Below are positions 42,914 to 53,768 of a stretch of DNA of 64,000 nt, piece after piece. Position 1 is the first letter of the stretch. Each line of letters begins with the position of its first letter. The stretch lies in the NCBI GenBank assembly GCA_963787255.1, contig CAWBCJ010000029.1:128001-192000 (forward strand), written 5' to 3'. Origin of the DNA: Methanobacteriota archaeon. GTDB taxonomy: Archaea > Methanobacteriota > Methanobacteria > Methanobacteriales > Methanobacteriaceae. Position numbers and translations under genes: made by a program. The notes beneath the pieces were generated by a model. It was not told the origin of the DNA. It did no database searches and was given only the letters and a program-made list of their open reading frames with translations.

Positions 42914-43258
42914 TTATTTTTCATTTTTATCTTCTTTTATGATGCAGCTGTCTTCTAAACTCTGCATAGATTCCAAAATTTCTTCCCTGATTTTATGCAC
43001 ATTTTCTATGGAGTCCAAAAGCTCCAATCTTGTACCGTGAACTGAGGATCTTATGTTTTCTGCTTCCTTTTCAAGACTGGCAAAAAGATCTTCAGTTTTT
43101 TCATGCTGTAGATCCATCATACCTCGAATGTGCTCAAAATTCTTTTTTAGCCGTCCTTCAGTTCTTTTAGAAAATCTAATTGCATACAAAGCCAGAATTG
43201 CAGATATTACACTTGAAATAAACGAAAGAATATATAAAGGTAGTAGAACATCAACCAT
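42914..43258 (-). CDS. Hypothetical single-TM coiled-coil protein
   Basis: N-terminal hydrophobic helix and heptad-like body; GGGGAG SD. Confidence 0.65.
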   Translation of the reverse strand: MVDVLLPLYILSFISSVISAILALYAIRFSKRTEGRLKKNFEHIRGMMDLQHEKTEDLFASLEKEAENIRSSVHGTRLELLDSIENVHKIREEILESMQSLEDSCIIKEDKNEK

Positions 43259-43270
43259 AAAACTCCCCCA

Positions 43271-44483
43271 TTAATAGTAATCTTTAATATTTTTCTTATA
43301 TTTGTCCCTTTTTTTCTTCTTTTTCTTTCCTTTATCCTTTTTATCCTCTTTTCGAGATCTACCTGCTCTTGGAGGGAATGGATGAGCTTTTTTAATTTCT
43401 TCAAGCCTTTGCTCAAGCTCCTCTTTTATAGAAGGATCAAATTCACCAGAATAAACGTCTTTACGGACTGCAAGGGAAATTTTAGCAGCTAATGCCCGGG
43501 CAAATTTTCCTTTAAGCCACCATTTAGTGCTTCTAATTTCGGGATATTGGTAGATAAGGCCGTGTTTTGGAGGGCGTTCTCCAGTTTTTTTATGTCTGAA
43601 AAGTGCTTTTTCAGCTCCTATTATTTGAACCGTGCTTGATGGAAGCATTGATAATTTCTGAATACTTCCTATGTGGGCTATTAATTTCGCCCCAAGTGAA
43701 GCACCTACAAGATCACTTAAATTCGGTGCAACTTCGCTCATTTTTTGTTCTACATAATCATTAAGTGATTTTTTAGTATTTTGAAGGGTTTTCAAGGAAT
43801 TTGCAAATTCCTGGATCATTTGGAGATCTTTTCCTTCAATTTCAGATCCCATGCCCTTATCTTTAACATTAATCTCTTCTAATATTTTATTTTCTTTTAT
43901 AGAACTCCTATTCCCATATTCTGCTATTAGATTCACATATTTTTCGTTATTTTTTAGTTTATTAAGTTCCGGGAAATGGATCATATACCATTCCCTTAAT
44001 CTTTCAATTAATTTACCTGTAGCCTCGTCAATTTCATCTATTGAATTTATAGCCTGAATTAAGTACATGTCTTCGGCTTTAGAAGCCTCTTTAATCTTAT
44101 AATTTGTAAGATCAAATGATACCCTGCGCAATTCTTGATTTAATTCATCCTCTGAATCTATAAAACCCGTTTCTTTTAAAACATTGCACATATTTGACCT
44201 TAAATAATTCTCCACCCGCACTTGGATTTTCAAATTTGAATTTAGATGATCCTTTTAAGCTTTTATATTTAGAAACATTGATATTTGTTTCTATTACTAT
44301 TAAATCGCATTTTTTAATGTTTCTTCGAAGTAAAGATTCTTCTTCAGTATTTAAATTTCCATTACTCCTTGCAATTATTCTTTCAGTAATTTTTTCCTTT
44401 GGGAAAAGTTCATAATCAATGAGATTAAAATTTTCATCTAATATAATAAAACCTGCAAAACAACTTGTAAGATAATATTTCAT
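43271..44483 (-). CDS. nop5: Nop5 (Nop56/58) box C/D RNP protein, apparent frameshift near 44215
   Basis: LREWY..HFPEL, APNL, GAEKALF..PPKHG and a Lys-rich tail; the N-terminus is in ORF 44145..44483. Confidence 0.93.
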
Positions 44484-44531
44484 AGAAATTGATCTGTATT
44501 GTATAGTTTTAAAGTTTTTTTATGGTGGAGC

Positions 44532-45437
44532 ATGATGTTAGAAGTTGATCTGTGTAATGTTAAAATGAAAAATCCAACCATGCTTGCAGCTGGTATCCTG
44601 GGAAGTACAGCAGCTTCAATGAACTGGGTTTCAAGAAGCGGCGCTGGTGCAGTTGTAACTAAATCGTTCGGTTTAGAGCCGAATAAAGGTTATCCAAATC
44701 CTACAACTGTTGAAGTAACCGGTGGCATTATAAATGCAATTGGTCTTTCCAATCCGGGGGTAGACGCTTTTATTGGCGAGCTGGAAAAAATTGAAAGATC
44801 AACTCCTACCATTGCATCGATATACGGCTCTTCAAGAGAAGATTTTGCGCGACTAGCTGCTAAAATTGAAAATTACGCTGATTTAATTGAATTAAACGTT
44901 TCATGTCCTCATGCACAGAAAGGATGTGGCGCTTCAATAGGAGAAGATCCTAATTTCACTGGTGATATTGTAAAAGCAGTTAAAAAGACGACTGATATTC
45001 CCGTTATTGTTAAGTTAACACCTAATGTTACAGATATTGTTGAAATTGCGCGGAGTGCTGAAAAAGCGGGGTGTGATGGGTTAACTCTTATAAATTCCCT
45101 TGGTCCTGGCCTTAAAATAGATATAGAAACTGCTAATCCTATTCTTTCTAATAAGTTTGGAGGAATGTCTGGCCCGGCAATTAAACCTATTGCACTTAGA
45201 TGTGTTTATGATACATATGATGCAGTTAAAATTCCAATTATTGGCGTTGGCGGTATCGCAGATTACAGGGATGTAATAGAATTTTTATTTGCTGGAGCTT
45301 TATGTGTTCAAATTGGAACCGCTATTATGTTTAAAGGGCCTTCAATTTTCAAAGAAATTAATCTTGGAATTGAAAAATTTATGCTGGAAAAAGATTATAA
45401 ATCCATTAATGAAATGGTGGGAAACGCCCATAAGTAA
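44532..45437 (+). CDS. pyrD: Dihydroorotate dehydrogenase, catalytic subunit (family 1B)
   Basis: VTKS, NAIGLSNPG, ELNVSCPH, KLTPNVT and GGMSGPAIKP motifs. Confidence 0.95.
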   Translation: MMLEVDLCNVKMKNPTMLAAGILGSTAASMNWVSRSGAGAVVTKSFGLEPNKGYPNPTTVEVTGGIINAIGLSNPGVDAFIGELEKIERSTPTIASIYGSSREDFARLAAKIENYADLIELNVSCPHAQKGCGASIGEDPNFTGDIVKAVKKTTDIPVIVKLTPNVTDIVEIARSAEKAGCDGLTLINSLGPGLKIDIETANPILSNKFGGMSGPAIKPIALRCVYDTYDAVKIPIIGVGGIADYRDVIEFLFAGALCVQIGTAIMFKGPSIFKEINLGIEKFMLEKDYKSINEMVGNAHK

Positions 45438-45466
45438 TAGGAAATGAACTAAATTAGGCTGGTAAA

Positions 45467-46261
45467 ATGCACGTTCCAAAAACTGTTGAAATAAAAAGAG
45501 TGATTAAAGAAACTGAAACTATAAAAACTTTCATTTTTGACTTTGATGCTCGAAATGTTAAACCTGGGCAGTTCATGATGGTATGGAATTTTAAAGACGA
45601 AAAACCAATGTCAGTATCATTAATCGACTCTGTAAATGACGAAATAGGGATAACCATCAAAAAAGTTGGCCACTTTACAGAAGCCATTCATTCACTTCAC
45701 GCGGGAGATAAACTTGGTTTAAGAGGTCCTTACGGAAGAGGTTTTGAAATAATTGGTTCAAACATACTTGCGGTTGGTGGGGGAGTTGGAATGGCTCCAA
45801 TTTCGGCATTTGTACATGAAGCTAGACTTATGGGAGTTGATGTTGACGTTATTAGCGCTGCAACCACCAAAGACGAGCTTTTATTCATGGAACATCTGGA
45901 ATCCACGGATATTACTACTTATGCATGTACAGACGATGGAACCTACGGTTTCTGTGGTTTTGCCACTGAATTCATGGAAAAAATAATTGAAGATAAGGAA
46001 TACGACATGGTAGTGACCTGCGGGCCTGAGGTAATGATGAAAGGCGTTTTTGATATCATTGATAAACTTAAAATTCCGGCGCAATTTTCACTTGAACGCT
46101 ATATGAAATGTGGTTTAGGAATTTGCGGACAGTGCTGCGTTGATGATGTGGGATGGCGTGTCTGCGTTGAGGGCCCTGTTTTTTGGAGTGATGAAGTAAG
46201 ATTGATAACAGAATTTGGGAAATATAAAAGAGATGCATCAGGGATAAAGCATAAAATCTAA
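45467..46261 (+). CDS. pyrK: Dihydroorotate dehydrogenase electron-transfer subunit
   Basis: RGPYGRGF, GGGVGMAP, CGPEVMM and MKCGLGICGQC...VCVEGPVF motifs. Confidence 0.95.
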   Translation: MHVPKTVEIKRVIKETETIKTFIFDFDARNVKPGQFMMVWNFKDEKPMSVSLIDSVNDEIGITIKKVGHFTEAIHSLHAGDKLGLRGPYGRGFEIIGSNILAVGGGVGMAPISAFVHEARLMGVDVDVISAATTKDELLFMEHLESTDITTYACTDDGTYGFCGFATEFMEKIIEDKEYDMVVTCGPEVMMKGVFDIIDKLKIPAQFSLERYMKCGLGICGQCCVDDVGWRVCVEGPVFWSDEVRLITEFGKYKRDASGIKHKI

Positions 46262-46317
46262 TATTTTAATGTTTTTCTATAATTAATTAGAAAATATTTT
46301 TATTAAGCGTGATAATA

Positions 46318-47364
46318 ATGATTTATAAACTAAAAGGTACGATTACATCAGCTCTTTTTATCATTACTGGTCTACTTATTCTTTCATTTTTTGTATTAAC
46401 TCCAATGATAAGCATGATTATTCTTGGAGCGGTGTTTGCCTATGTGATTCGGCCAATATCTAATAAAATGTTGCCTCGCCTCAAATTCGAAACTTTATCC
46501 ATAATTGTAGCAATGGTACTGGTAATACTGCCTTTGATTGTGGTTTTAGCAGTTATTATAAATTCTCTTATCGAATCAACACCTTTAATTGTTTCAGTAG
46601 CTAAAAGTGCCAATATTGAAAGCATAAATTCTAGTACTGCTCAACAATATTTGCCTTCGATGCTACAGAGTTATACCGGTTCAATTTTAACCAGCATTAA
46701 ATTGGCTCTTGAAGAAATTTTAAGGAATTTATTAAACTATTTTGTAGCCTATGTAGGATCCATACCCACTGTTTTGTTTCAATTATTCATATTCTTTGCA
46801 GCAACATTTTACTTTGCAAAAGACGGTGATAGATTATGGGAATATATTAAATTCGCCATTCCAGACAATAGAACCCATTATTTTAATTCACTTTTTAAGG
46901 AAGTAGAAAGAGTGTTAAAAAGCATATTTTTCGGGCATTTCTTTACCGCTCTTTTAACTGGAATACTTGCGGGAATCGGATTCTGGATTATAGGATATCC
47001 TTTTGCATCCTTTTTAGGTATATTAACCGGATTTTTCCAGCTCATACCATTTATAGGACATTGGCCGCTGCCAATTATTCTTGCGGTCTATGGAATCTTA
47101 ACTGGAAGCTATATACAAGCAGTTGCTGTTATAATACTCGGATTCTTGATGAGCGCTCTTGACATTTATCTTCGACCTAAAATATCCAGCAAATATGCCG
47201 ATATTCATCCACTGATATTTATACTAGGATTCTTGTGTGGACCGCTGGTATTTGGATTGGTAGGTTTTATATTAGGTCCCTTGATTTTAGGAGTTACCTA
47301 CGCAGCTTTAAGCACGTATAAAAAGGAAAACACTGTTGAAATTGTAAAACCTGATGAAAAATAA
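46318..47364 (+). CDS. AI-2E family transporter
   Basis: Multi-TM protein with IPFIG, LRPKI...IHP and G..GFILGP motifs. Confidence 0.88.
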   Translation: MIYKLKGTITSALFIITGLLILSFFVLTPMISMIILGAVFAYVIRPISNKMLPRLKFETLSIIVAMVLVILPLIVVLAVIINSLIESTPLIVSVAKSANIESINSSTAQQYLPSMLQSYTGSILTSIKLALEEILRNLLNYFVAYVGSIPTVLFQLFIFFAATFYFAKDGDRLWEYIKFAIPDNRTHYFNSLFKEVERVLKSIFFGHFFTALLTGILAGIGFWIIGYPFASFLGILTGFFQLIPFIGHWPLPIILAVYGILTGSYIQAVAVIILGFLMSALDIYLRPKISSKYADIHPLIFILGFLCGPLVFGLVGFILGPLILGVTYAALSTYKKENTVEIVKPDEK

Positions 47365-47410
47365 ACCTTAAAATTAATTTTATCGTTTTATATAAAATAA
47401 AAAAAAATAG

Positions 47411-47430
47411 GTCCCTGAAATTCAGGGATT
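47411..47430. terminator. Hairpin between convergent genes, probable terminator
   Basis: TCCCTGAA-A-TTCAGGGA next to an A-tract (U-tract on the minus strand). Confidence 0.55.
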
Positions 47431-47900
47431 TAAGATAATTTTATTTCAATAGAATTAGAAAGTACTGAATATTTAGCACCTTTACCATCGTTAAATGTAA
47501 CGCTGAATCCACCTATAAAATAAGGGTTGGATACTGTTGCGTTAGATCCAAAATCCTGCTGCACTTCTGCATCAGTAGGTATAAGAATTGTACTGGATCC
47601 TTTCTTGGTTTCACCTGGCTTTAAGGTACCAATATTTTGTGCAAAGTCCTGACTGTCAACTTGAACGTTGTACACAGTTTCATTACCATTATTGGTAACC
47701 TCATACTGAATAGTTACATTCATACCTTTTTTGGCTGTTTCAGGACCTTTTTGGACCGCTACCACGTCAATTGCCTTAGTAACATTAGTTGTATTCTGTG
47801 GTTGGACAGTAGTATTATTTTGAGCTGTTTGATTCTGTTGTGTGCATCCAGATGCAAAAACAACAACTGCAAGAATTGCAATTATTAAAACTATTCCCAT
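47430..47900 (-). CDS. Lipoprotein with Ig-like (CARDB/DUF11-type) domain
   Basis: Lipobox FASGC; YEVTNNG and IGTLKPGETK. Confidence 0.75.
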   Translation of the reverse strand: MGIVLIIAILAVVVFASGCTQQNQTAQNNTTVQPQNTTNVTKAIDVVAVQKGPETAKKGMNVTIQYEVTNNGNETVYNVQVDSQDFAQNIGTLKPGETKKGSSTILIPTDAEVQQDFGSNATVSNPYFIGGFSVTFNDGKGAKYSVLSNSIEIKLS

Positions 47901-48071
47901 CTTATTATCCGTTTAAATCCCTCCTTTGAAAAATAATTATGCACCAATCTATATAAAGTGATCAGTAAAATAGTGAAATATATAAAAATAATACTTTTTA
48001 AGCGCTTAAATAATTAAAATATGTATGAATAATGTTTAAATAGACTAAAAATGAGATAATTAAACTTTTTA

Positions 48072-48479
48072 TTAAAATTTGACTTGTTTGTCCTTTTTAA
48101 TTAATTCGTCAAATTCCAGACCTTTAGAAAATGCCAGATCTACGTCTACCTTGTAATTTTCTCCTCTTGTTTTTATAAGATCGTCAACGTGCACGAAACG
48201 CCACTTTTTATTCTTAAATTTAGCACCCAGATATGGTTCTGCCCCAAAAATTCCAGAAAACTCCTTCAATCCCATTATTTTTTCAGAGTTAATATAGATT
48301 TGCTCTGCAGAGGTTGATTTAACTTCAATTGCTAGATAAATCTTTCCATTACCTGCAATTATATCTGGAAGAGGTTTTTTTGTTGCTCCTCCTGAAGCTG
48401 GTGCTCTCATGGCAGCGCAATCTGCATTCCATAGCATTTTAACTAGTTCACGTTCTACGCGTGACCCTTTTTTGTTCAT
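48072..48479 (-). CDS. hjc: Holliday junction resolvase
   Basis: G...ERELV, RAPASG, PDIIAG and IEVK motifs. Confidence 0.93.
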   Translation of the reverse strand: MNKKGSRVERELVKMLWNADCAAMRAPASGGATKKPLPDIIAGNGKIYLAIEVKSTSAEQIYINSEKIMGLKEFSGIFGAEPYLGAKFKNKKWRFVHVDDLIKTRGENYKVDVDLAFSKGLEFDELIKKDKQVKF

Positions 48480-48574
48480 ATTATCAAGATTATCAGTTTT
48501 TGAAATATATTTAAAATTAGTTATAATTTAATATGATATAAAATCTTTGATAAAATGAGAATATTTTTAATTAA

Positions 48575-48883
48575 CTAAAGAGAATTGTCGTAATACTCCA
48601 TTTTAGAAGCATTAAAAGTGCCATTTTCACCAGGTGCCCTGATCCATTCAATTTTAGCATTCCGGGCTATTAGCTTTTTATCTCTAAAAATAATATCAAC
48701 TGTTATACCTGCGCCATAATCTTCTGGATTAAATGTTATAAATCTAGAAAAAGAGCCTTTAAAGCTGTATTTATTTTTTAAAAACCATTGAATGAGATTA
48801 ACACCTTCCATAATGCCTATTAACTTGCCTTCAAGTAAAACATCGCATTTAAGCGAGCTGCAAGTTCTCTCCATTTTAAGCAT
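48575..48883 (-). CDS. Conserved hypothetical protein
   Basis: 102-aa ORF with SD-like sequence upstream. Confidence 0.65.
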   Translation of the reverse strand: MLKMERTCSSLKCDVLLEGKLIGIMEGVNLIQWFLKNKYSFKGSFSRFITFNPEDYGAGITVDIIFRDKKLIARNAKIEWIRAPGENGTFNASKMEYYDNSL

Positions 48884-49046
48884 TTAATCATCTCATTGTA
48901 ACTAAACTATCCATTTATAAGTTAATTATATAATACTAAATATATTTTTCTAATTATTATGATATTGAAAAATAGATCAGCAAAATTAAAAGTAAATAGT
49001 GATTCAAAAGCAAAAATAAACGAGAAAAAAGTATATAGACGTGAGA

Positions 49047-49125
<79 letters not shown>

Positions 49126-49163
49126 GGGAATTAAATAATCGTGAGGAATATGTTTTTTTCGAA

Positions 49164-49247
49164 TGCGGGAGCAGGGATTCGAACCCTGGTAGGCCTACGC
49201 CAACGGGTCCTAAGCCCGTCCCCTTTGGCCAGCTCGGGCACCCCCGC
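49164..49247 (-). tRNA. tRNA-Leu(TAG)
   Basis: ACGGG-CT-TAG-GA-CCCGT anticodon arm; long variable arm. Confidence 0.95.
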
Positions 49248-49268
49248 TAGCTGTGAGTATTAAAAGTT

Positions 49269-49314
49269 GTCAAAACGGGGTTTTGACTGTCTGTAAAAAT
49301 CAAAGATTTTTACA
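49269..49314. repeat. Two adjacent perfect palindromes in the tRNA-Glu/Leu spacer
   Basis: GTCAAAAC-GGG-GTTTTGAC and TGTAAAAATC-AAA-GATTTTTACA. Confidence 0.75.
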
Positions 49315-49325
49315 AAATTAAAGAA

Positions 49326-49403
<78 letters not shown>

Positions 49404-49459
49404 ATACAAATTTACAATTTGTGCTCCAAAATTCTTCGAATTTTTGAGAGCATATGAAA

Positions 49460-49533
49460 TGGGCCCAATGGGATTCGAACCCATGGCCGCTCGGTTATGA
49501 GCCGAGCGCTCTACCTGGCTAAGCTATGGGCCC
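49460..49533 (-). tRNA. tRNA(CAT), most likely tRNA-Ile2 (agmatidine-modified)
   Basis: CT-CAT-AA loop. The GGGCCC acceptor stem is typical of archaeal Ile tRNAs rather than Met. Confidence 0.85.
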
Positions 49534-49537
49534 TCAG

Positions 49538-49610
<73 letters not shown>

Positions 49611-49706
49611 TATGCCAAGCAAAGCCTGCAAACTACTAGCTAGCGGCTTGCAAGAGTTTAAAATATAAGCACATTTGTGACGTATTTTTTAAGTTAGTGA
49701 TTATAG

Positions 49707-49720
49707 TATATAAACGTTTT
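49707..49720 (-). promoter_or_regulatory. Probable BRE/TATA promoter of the tRNA operon
   Basis: Minus-strand AAACG-TTTATATA ~100 nt upstream of tRNA-Asn. Confidence 0.55.
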
Positions 49721-49930
49721 GGATAATGTAATCCACATTATAACCAAGCATTAAGTGCTTATATCATATATATTTTGTTATTACTGAATTATAATAGTTT
49801 TATTTATTTTATACTTAAATAATAAAAGCAAAAAAGAAGATTGGAAAATTTAAAATATTTATTCTTTTAAAGTATAAAAATTAAGTTGATGAATTTCAAC
49901 TTACTATTCATTTAATTAGATAGGTGAATA

Positions 49931-50938
49931 ATGAACCTAATAAACAAAATTAAAAATTTCGAAACACTGGATTTAATGCAAAAGGCCAACAAAATTACCC
50001 TGGCCGAACAGGGGAATAAAATAACACTTGAAAGGGCTATTTTCCTTTCTTGGTGGTGTGATAAAGGCGATTGTCTGTTCTGCTATATGTCATCACAAAA
50101 GCCGAAAATTAAAGAACCAAGTACTGCAAGAAGGAATGTAAATTCAATTTTAGCAGAAGCGGAACTATGCAGAAGAACTGATTGGAAAATTGAATTCCTT
50201 TCAGGAGGATACGGCTCATTTTCAACCGAAGAAATAAAAGATATTTCACAGAAAATCTACAGAATCACCGGAGAGCCTGTCTGGCTAAATATTGGGGTTA
50301 CAAAGGATCTTGAAGTCTATGGAGAAGAAATTGCAGGAATTACAGGGGCTGTTGAGGTTGCAAATCCAGAATTACATGACAAAATTTGTCCAAGTAAATC
50401 ACTGGAAGATATCAGCGAAATGCTTGAAGTTGCAGGAGAATTAGGGTTCCAAAAAGCTATAACCATCATTTTAGGGCTTGGAGAAACTCCTGAAGATTTA
50501 AAATATCTGCATGAACTTATTAAGGATATAGGAATTGATAGAGTTACATTTTATTCATTGAATCCCCATAAAGAAACTGTTTATGAAAATACTCCGCAGC
50601 CAGCATCTTTATATTACGCCGGAGTTGTTGCTGCAACCAGAATTAGGTTTCCAAAGCTTAAAATAATTACCGGCACATGGATAGATAACCTCGCCAACAT
50701 CGGACCTCTGCTTTTAAGTGGGGCAAATGGACTTACCAAATTTCCATTATTTAAAATGTTTGGAACCCGTTACGGGAAAAGAGTTGAAGAAGAAGTTTAC
50801 TGGGCTGGAAAAGAGCTAGTTGGAACTTTCACTGACTTTGAAATGTTAACTAAAAGTGATATTCAAAACTCTGAAATTGAACCTTATATAAAACAATATG
50901 TTGATAAATGTTTGAAGTCAGCTCAACTTCAAAAATAA
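49931..50938 (+). CDS. BioB-like radical SAM protein of unknown function
   Basis: CDKGDCLFC (Cx4Cx2C), FLSGG and ILGLGET motifs. Confidence 0.8.
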   Translation: MNLINKIKNFETLDLMQKANKITLAEQGNKITLERAIFLSWWCDKGDCLFCYMSSQKPKIKEPSTARRNVNSILAEAELCRRTDWKIEFLSGGYGSFSTEEIKDISQKIYRITGEPVWLNIGVTKDLEVYGEEIAGITGAVEVANPELHDKICPSKSLEDISEMLEVAGELGFQKAITIILGLGETPEDLKYLHELIKDIGIDRVTFYSLNPHKETVYENTPQPASLYYAGVVAATRIRFPKLKIITGTWIDNLANIGPLLLSGANGLTKFPLFKMFGTRYGKRVEEEVYWAGKELVGTFTDFEMLTKSDIQNSEIEPYIKQYVDKCLKSAQLQK

Positions 50939-51137
50939 TTGCTCATCACTACAAAGGATTGTTTAAGAACGAAATATTGATAAGTGTCTTAAGGGTAAAA
51001 CAAATATTGGATTATATTTTAGTAAACTTTTTAACTATAATTTGAATATTACATTCACATTTCTGTTGATTTAAAATAACGATAACTTAATCTTTATTGG
51101 ATATTAGATATTTTTACCAGGAGGAATTCTTATTAAG

Positions 51138-52493
51138 ATGAAATGCGGACTTGAAATTCACGTTCAGCTTGAAACTGATTCTAAACTTTTCTGCGACTGC
51201 CGTACCAATTACCAGGACGCCCCCGCGAATTCAAACATCTGTTTTGTGTGTTTAAACCAGCCAGGTGCAAAGCCCTATCCACCAAATGAAGATGCAATGA
51301 ATGGGGCAATTAAGATAGCTTTAATGCTAGGATGTAAGATAGCGGAAGATGAAACTTACTTCATGAGAAAGCATTATGATTACCCTGATCTTTCATCTGG
51401 TTACCAGCGAACTTCAATTCCCATAGGGTACGAAGGCAATCTTAACGGAGTTAGAATTCGTGAAGTTCACATTGAAGAGGATCCCGGCCAATACAAGCCA
51501 GACTTAGGTGTTGTTGATTTTAACCGTTCTGGAATTCCACTTATTGAAATTGTAACCGAGCCAGACATGAAATCTCCTGAAGAAGCAAGGAAATTCATGC
51601 GTGAGCTTATAAGAGTTTTAGAATATAGTGGAAGCGCTCGTGGTGAAGGTACAATGCGTGCTGACGTTAACATTTCCCTTGAAGGTGGTAAAAGGGCCGA
51701 AATAAAGAATATAAACTCTATAAAAGGTGCTTACAGGGCCCTTAAATACGAGATAGTAAGGCAAAAAAACCTCATTAGAAGGGGCATTGAGATAAAGCAG
51801 GAAACACGTGCTTTTCTTGAATCTCAGATGATTACTGTTCCAATGCGTCTTAAAGAGGAAGCTGATGATTATAGATACATTCCAGATCCAGATCTTCCCC
51901 CAATGATAGCAGAAGATGAGTTAGTTGAAGGTATTAGAGAAGAAATGCCCGAACCTCCACATATAAAAGTAGGAAGGTTCATTGAACAGTATAATATTGA
52001 AGAAGAATATGCAAAGGTCATGACATCAGAATTGGCACTTGCAGATGTCTTTGAAGAAGTTGCAAAGCAAATAGAACCATCATTTGCAGCGGTCTGGATG
52101 AGAGATGAGCTTAAAAGAGTTCTTAATTACAATAAAATGAGCTTTGGTGAAAGTGGAATTACAAAAGATAGCATTGTTGAGCTTTTAGAATTGATTAAAG
52201 ATAAAAAGGTAACCCCAAAGGCTGCTAAGAAAATAATTGAAAAAATGCCCGAAAATAAGGATTCTCCATCTAAAATCGCTGCAGAAATGGGATTAGTTGG
52301 TGTAAGTGATGAGGAAAGTGTCATGAAAGCTGTTAAACAGGCCATTGATGAAAATCCTCAAGCTGTTTCTGATTATCATGAAGGTAAAAAAGGGGCGATG
52401 AATTTCTTAATAGGGCAAGTAATGAGACTTACACGTGGTAAAGCTAATCCTGGAGAAACTTCAAAGTTTTTAAGGGAAGTTTTAGCCGAATGA
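51138..52493 (+). CDS. gatB: Asp/Glu-tRNA amidotransferase subunit B
   Basis: GLEIHVQL, RKHYDYPDL, EEDPG, NRSGIPLIEIVTEPD and DYRYIPDPDL motifs. Confidence 0.96.
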   Translation: MKCGLEIHVQLETDSKLFCDCRTNYQDAPANSNICFVCLNQPGAKPYPPNEDAMNGAIKIALMLGCKIAEDETYFMRKHYDYPDLSSGYQRTSIPIGYEGNLNGVRIREVHIEEDPGQYKPDLGVVDFNRSGIPLIEIVTEPDMKSPEEARKFMRELIRVLEYSGSARGEGTMRADVNISLEGGKRAEIKNINSIKGAYRALKYEIVRQKNLIRRGIEIKQETRAFLESQMITVPMRLKEEADDYRYIPDPDLPPMIAEDELVEGIREEMPEPPHIKVGRFIEQYNIEEEYAKVMTSELALADVFEEVAKQIEPSFAAVWMRDELKRVLNYNKMSFGESGITKDSIVELLELIKDKKVTPKAAKKIIEKMPENKDSPSKIAAEMGLVGVSDEESVMKAVKQAIDENPQAVSDYHEGKKGAMNFLIGQVMRLTRGKANPGETSKFLREVLAE

Positions 52494-52680
52494 AATCTCA
52501 ATAATTTATTTATTTTTTTATCATTTTGAGCATAAATTTTTAAATCATATTCAACAGATTAAAATAATGATTATAGATTTCATAATATACATTTACCTAA
52601 GTTATCAAATAAATCTACAATGGTGTTATAAGCAAAATTAAATTTAATCACAAATCCATGATTTAAATCAGGTCTTATAA

Positions 52681-52908
52681 ATGGCAAAAAATGTTTTAGA
52701 CATGATTTTATGGCATCCAAAAATGGACTTTAATAAATGTAGCATTACTTATGTACATAGAGGTGCTCCTGGAAATCTTAAAAAAATTGGATGCACCAGA
52801 ATATCAAGTTTAGAACGTGGATTTTTAATATTGGATGATGAAACTCAAATTCCATGCCATAGAATTGTTAAAATAGAATATGAAGATCAGATAATTTGGA
52901 AAAAATAA
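52681..52908 (+). CDS. DUF504/MJ1316-family small protein
   Basis: ILWHP, YVHRG and IPCHRI...IWKK motifs. Confidence 0.8.
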   Translation: MAKNVLDMILWHPKMDFNKCSITYVHRGAPGNLKKIGCTRISSLERGFLILDDETQIPCHRIVKIEYEDQIIWKK

Positions 52909-52944
52909 TTTAAATTTCATATACATTAAAATAGGAGACTTTAA

Positions 52945-53742
52945 ATGAGTAGTTCAGCTCTTGTGAAGCATTATATGACAAAAGAAGTAATTACTGTAAT
53001 CCCAGATACCCCCAACGAAGAAGTAATTAAATTAATGAAAACCACCGGACATGACGGATTTCCAGTTAAAATAAACGGCGAAGTAATGGGCATGGTAACT
53101 GCCTTTGATTTACTCTTAAAACCATGGGATCATGCAGTTAGAGACATTATGTCAACAGATATTGTGGTTGCTGATCAGGACATGTCAATAAACGATGCTG
53201 CACGTGTAATGTTTAGAATGGGAATATCAAGGCTTCCGGTTATAGATAAAGATGAGAAATTAGTGGGTATAATAACCAATACGGATATCGTAAGATCCCA
53301 TATAGAACGATCCACTCCCATGAAAGTTAATTACTTTAAAAAGACTTTAGAACAGTTATATGGTGTGAAAACTAAACTTGTAAGGATGAAAGTACCTACA
53401 GATAAACTTAGACCAACCCAGAACAAGATATACGCCGATGAACTTCAAGGAAGAACTTACGAGCTTAAAAGAGGCCTTGCAGAACCTACAATCACCGTTA
53501 AAAGTGGAGATAGATTTATTTTAGTTGATGGACATCACCGAACTGTTGCTGCATCCCAGCTTGGATACAAGGAAATAGATTCCTACGTGATAGAATTAGA
53601 GAAGGATATTAAATTAGGGTTGGAAAAAACTGCAGATAAAGAAGGAATTTGCACTCTTGGAGATATTGAAATTATAGACGACGCCCAGCATCCATTAATA
53701 GCTATTACTGGAACTTTAAGGAAAGAAAAAGGCACAAAATAA
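52945..53742 (+). CDS. CBS-pair plus ParB/Srx-domain protein
   Basis: CBS motifs followed by PTQ and LVDGHHR. Confidence 0.88.
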   Translation: MSSSALVKHYMTKEVITVIPDTPNEEVIKLMKTTGHDGFPVKINGEVMGMVTAFDLLLKPWDHAVRDIMSTDIVVADQDMSINDAARVMFRMGISRLPVIDKDEKLVGIITNTDIVRSHIERSTPMKVNYFKKTLEQLYGVKTKLVRMKVPTDKLRPTQNKIYADELQGRTYELKRGLAEPTITVKSGDRFILVDGHHRTVAASQLGYKEIDSYVIELEKDIKLGLEKTADKEGICTLGDIEIIDDAQHPLIAITGTLRKEKGTK

Positions 53743-53768
53743 AGTAAAGGAATTTCAGAGGAATTTAA

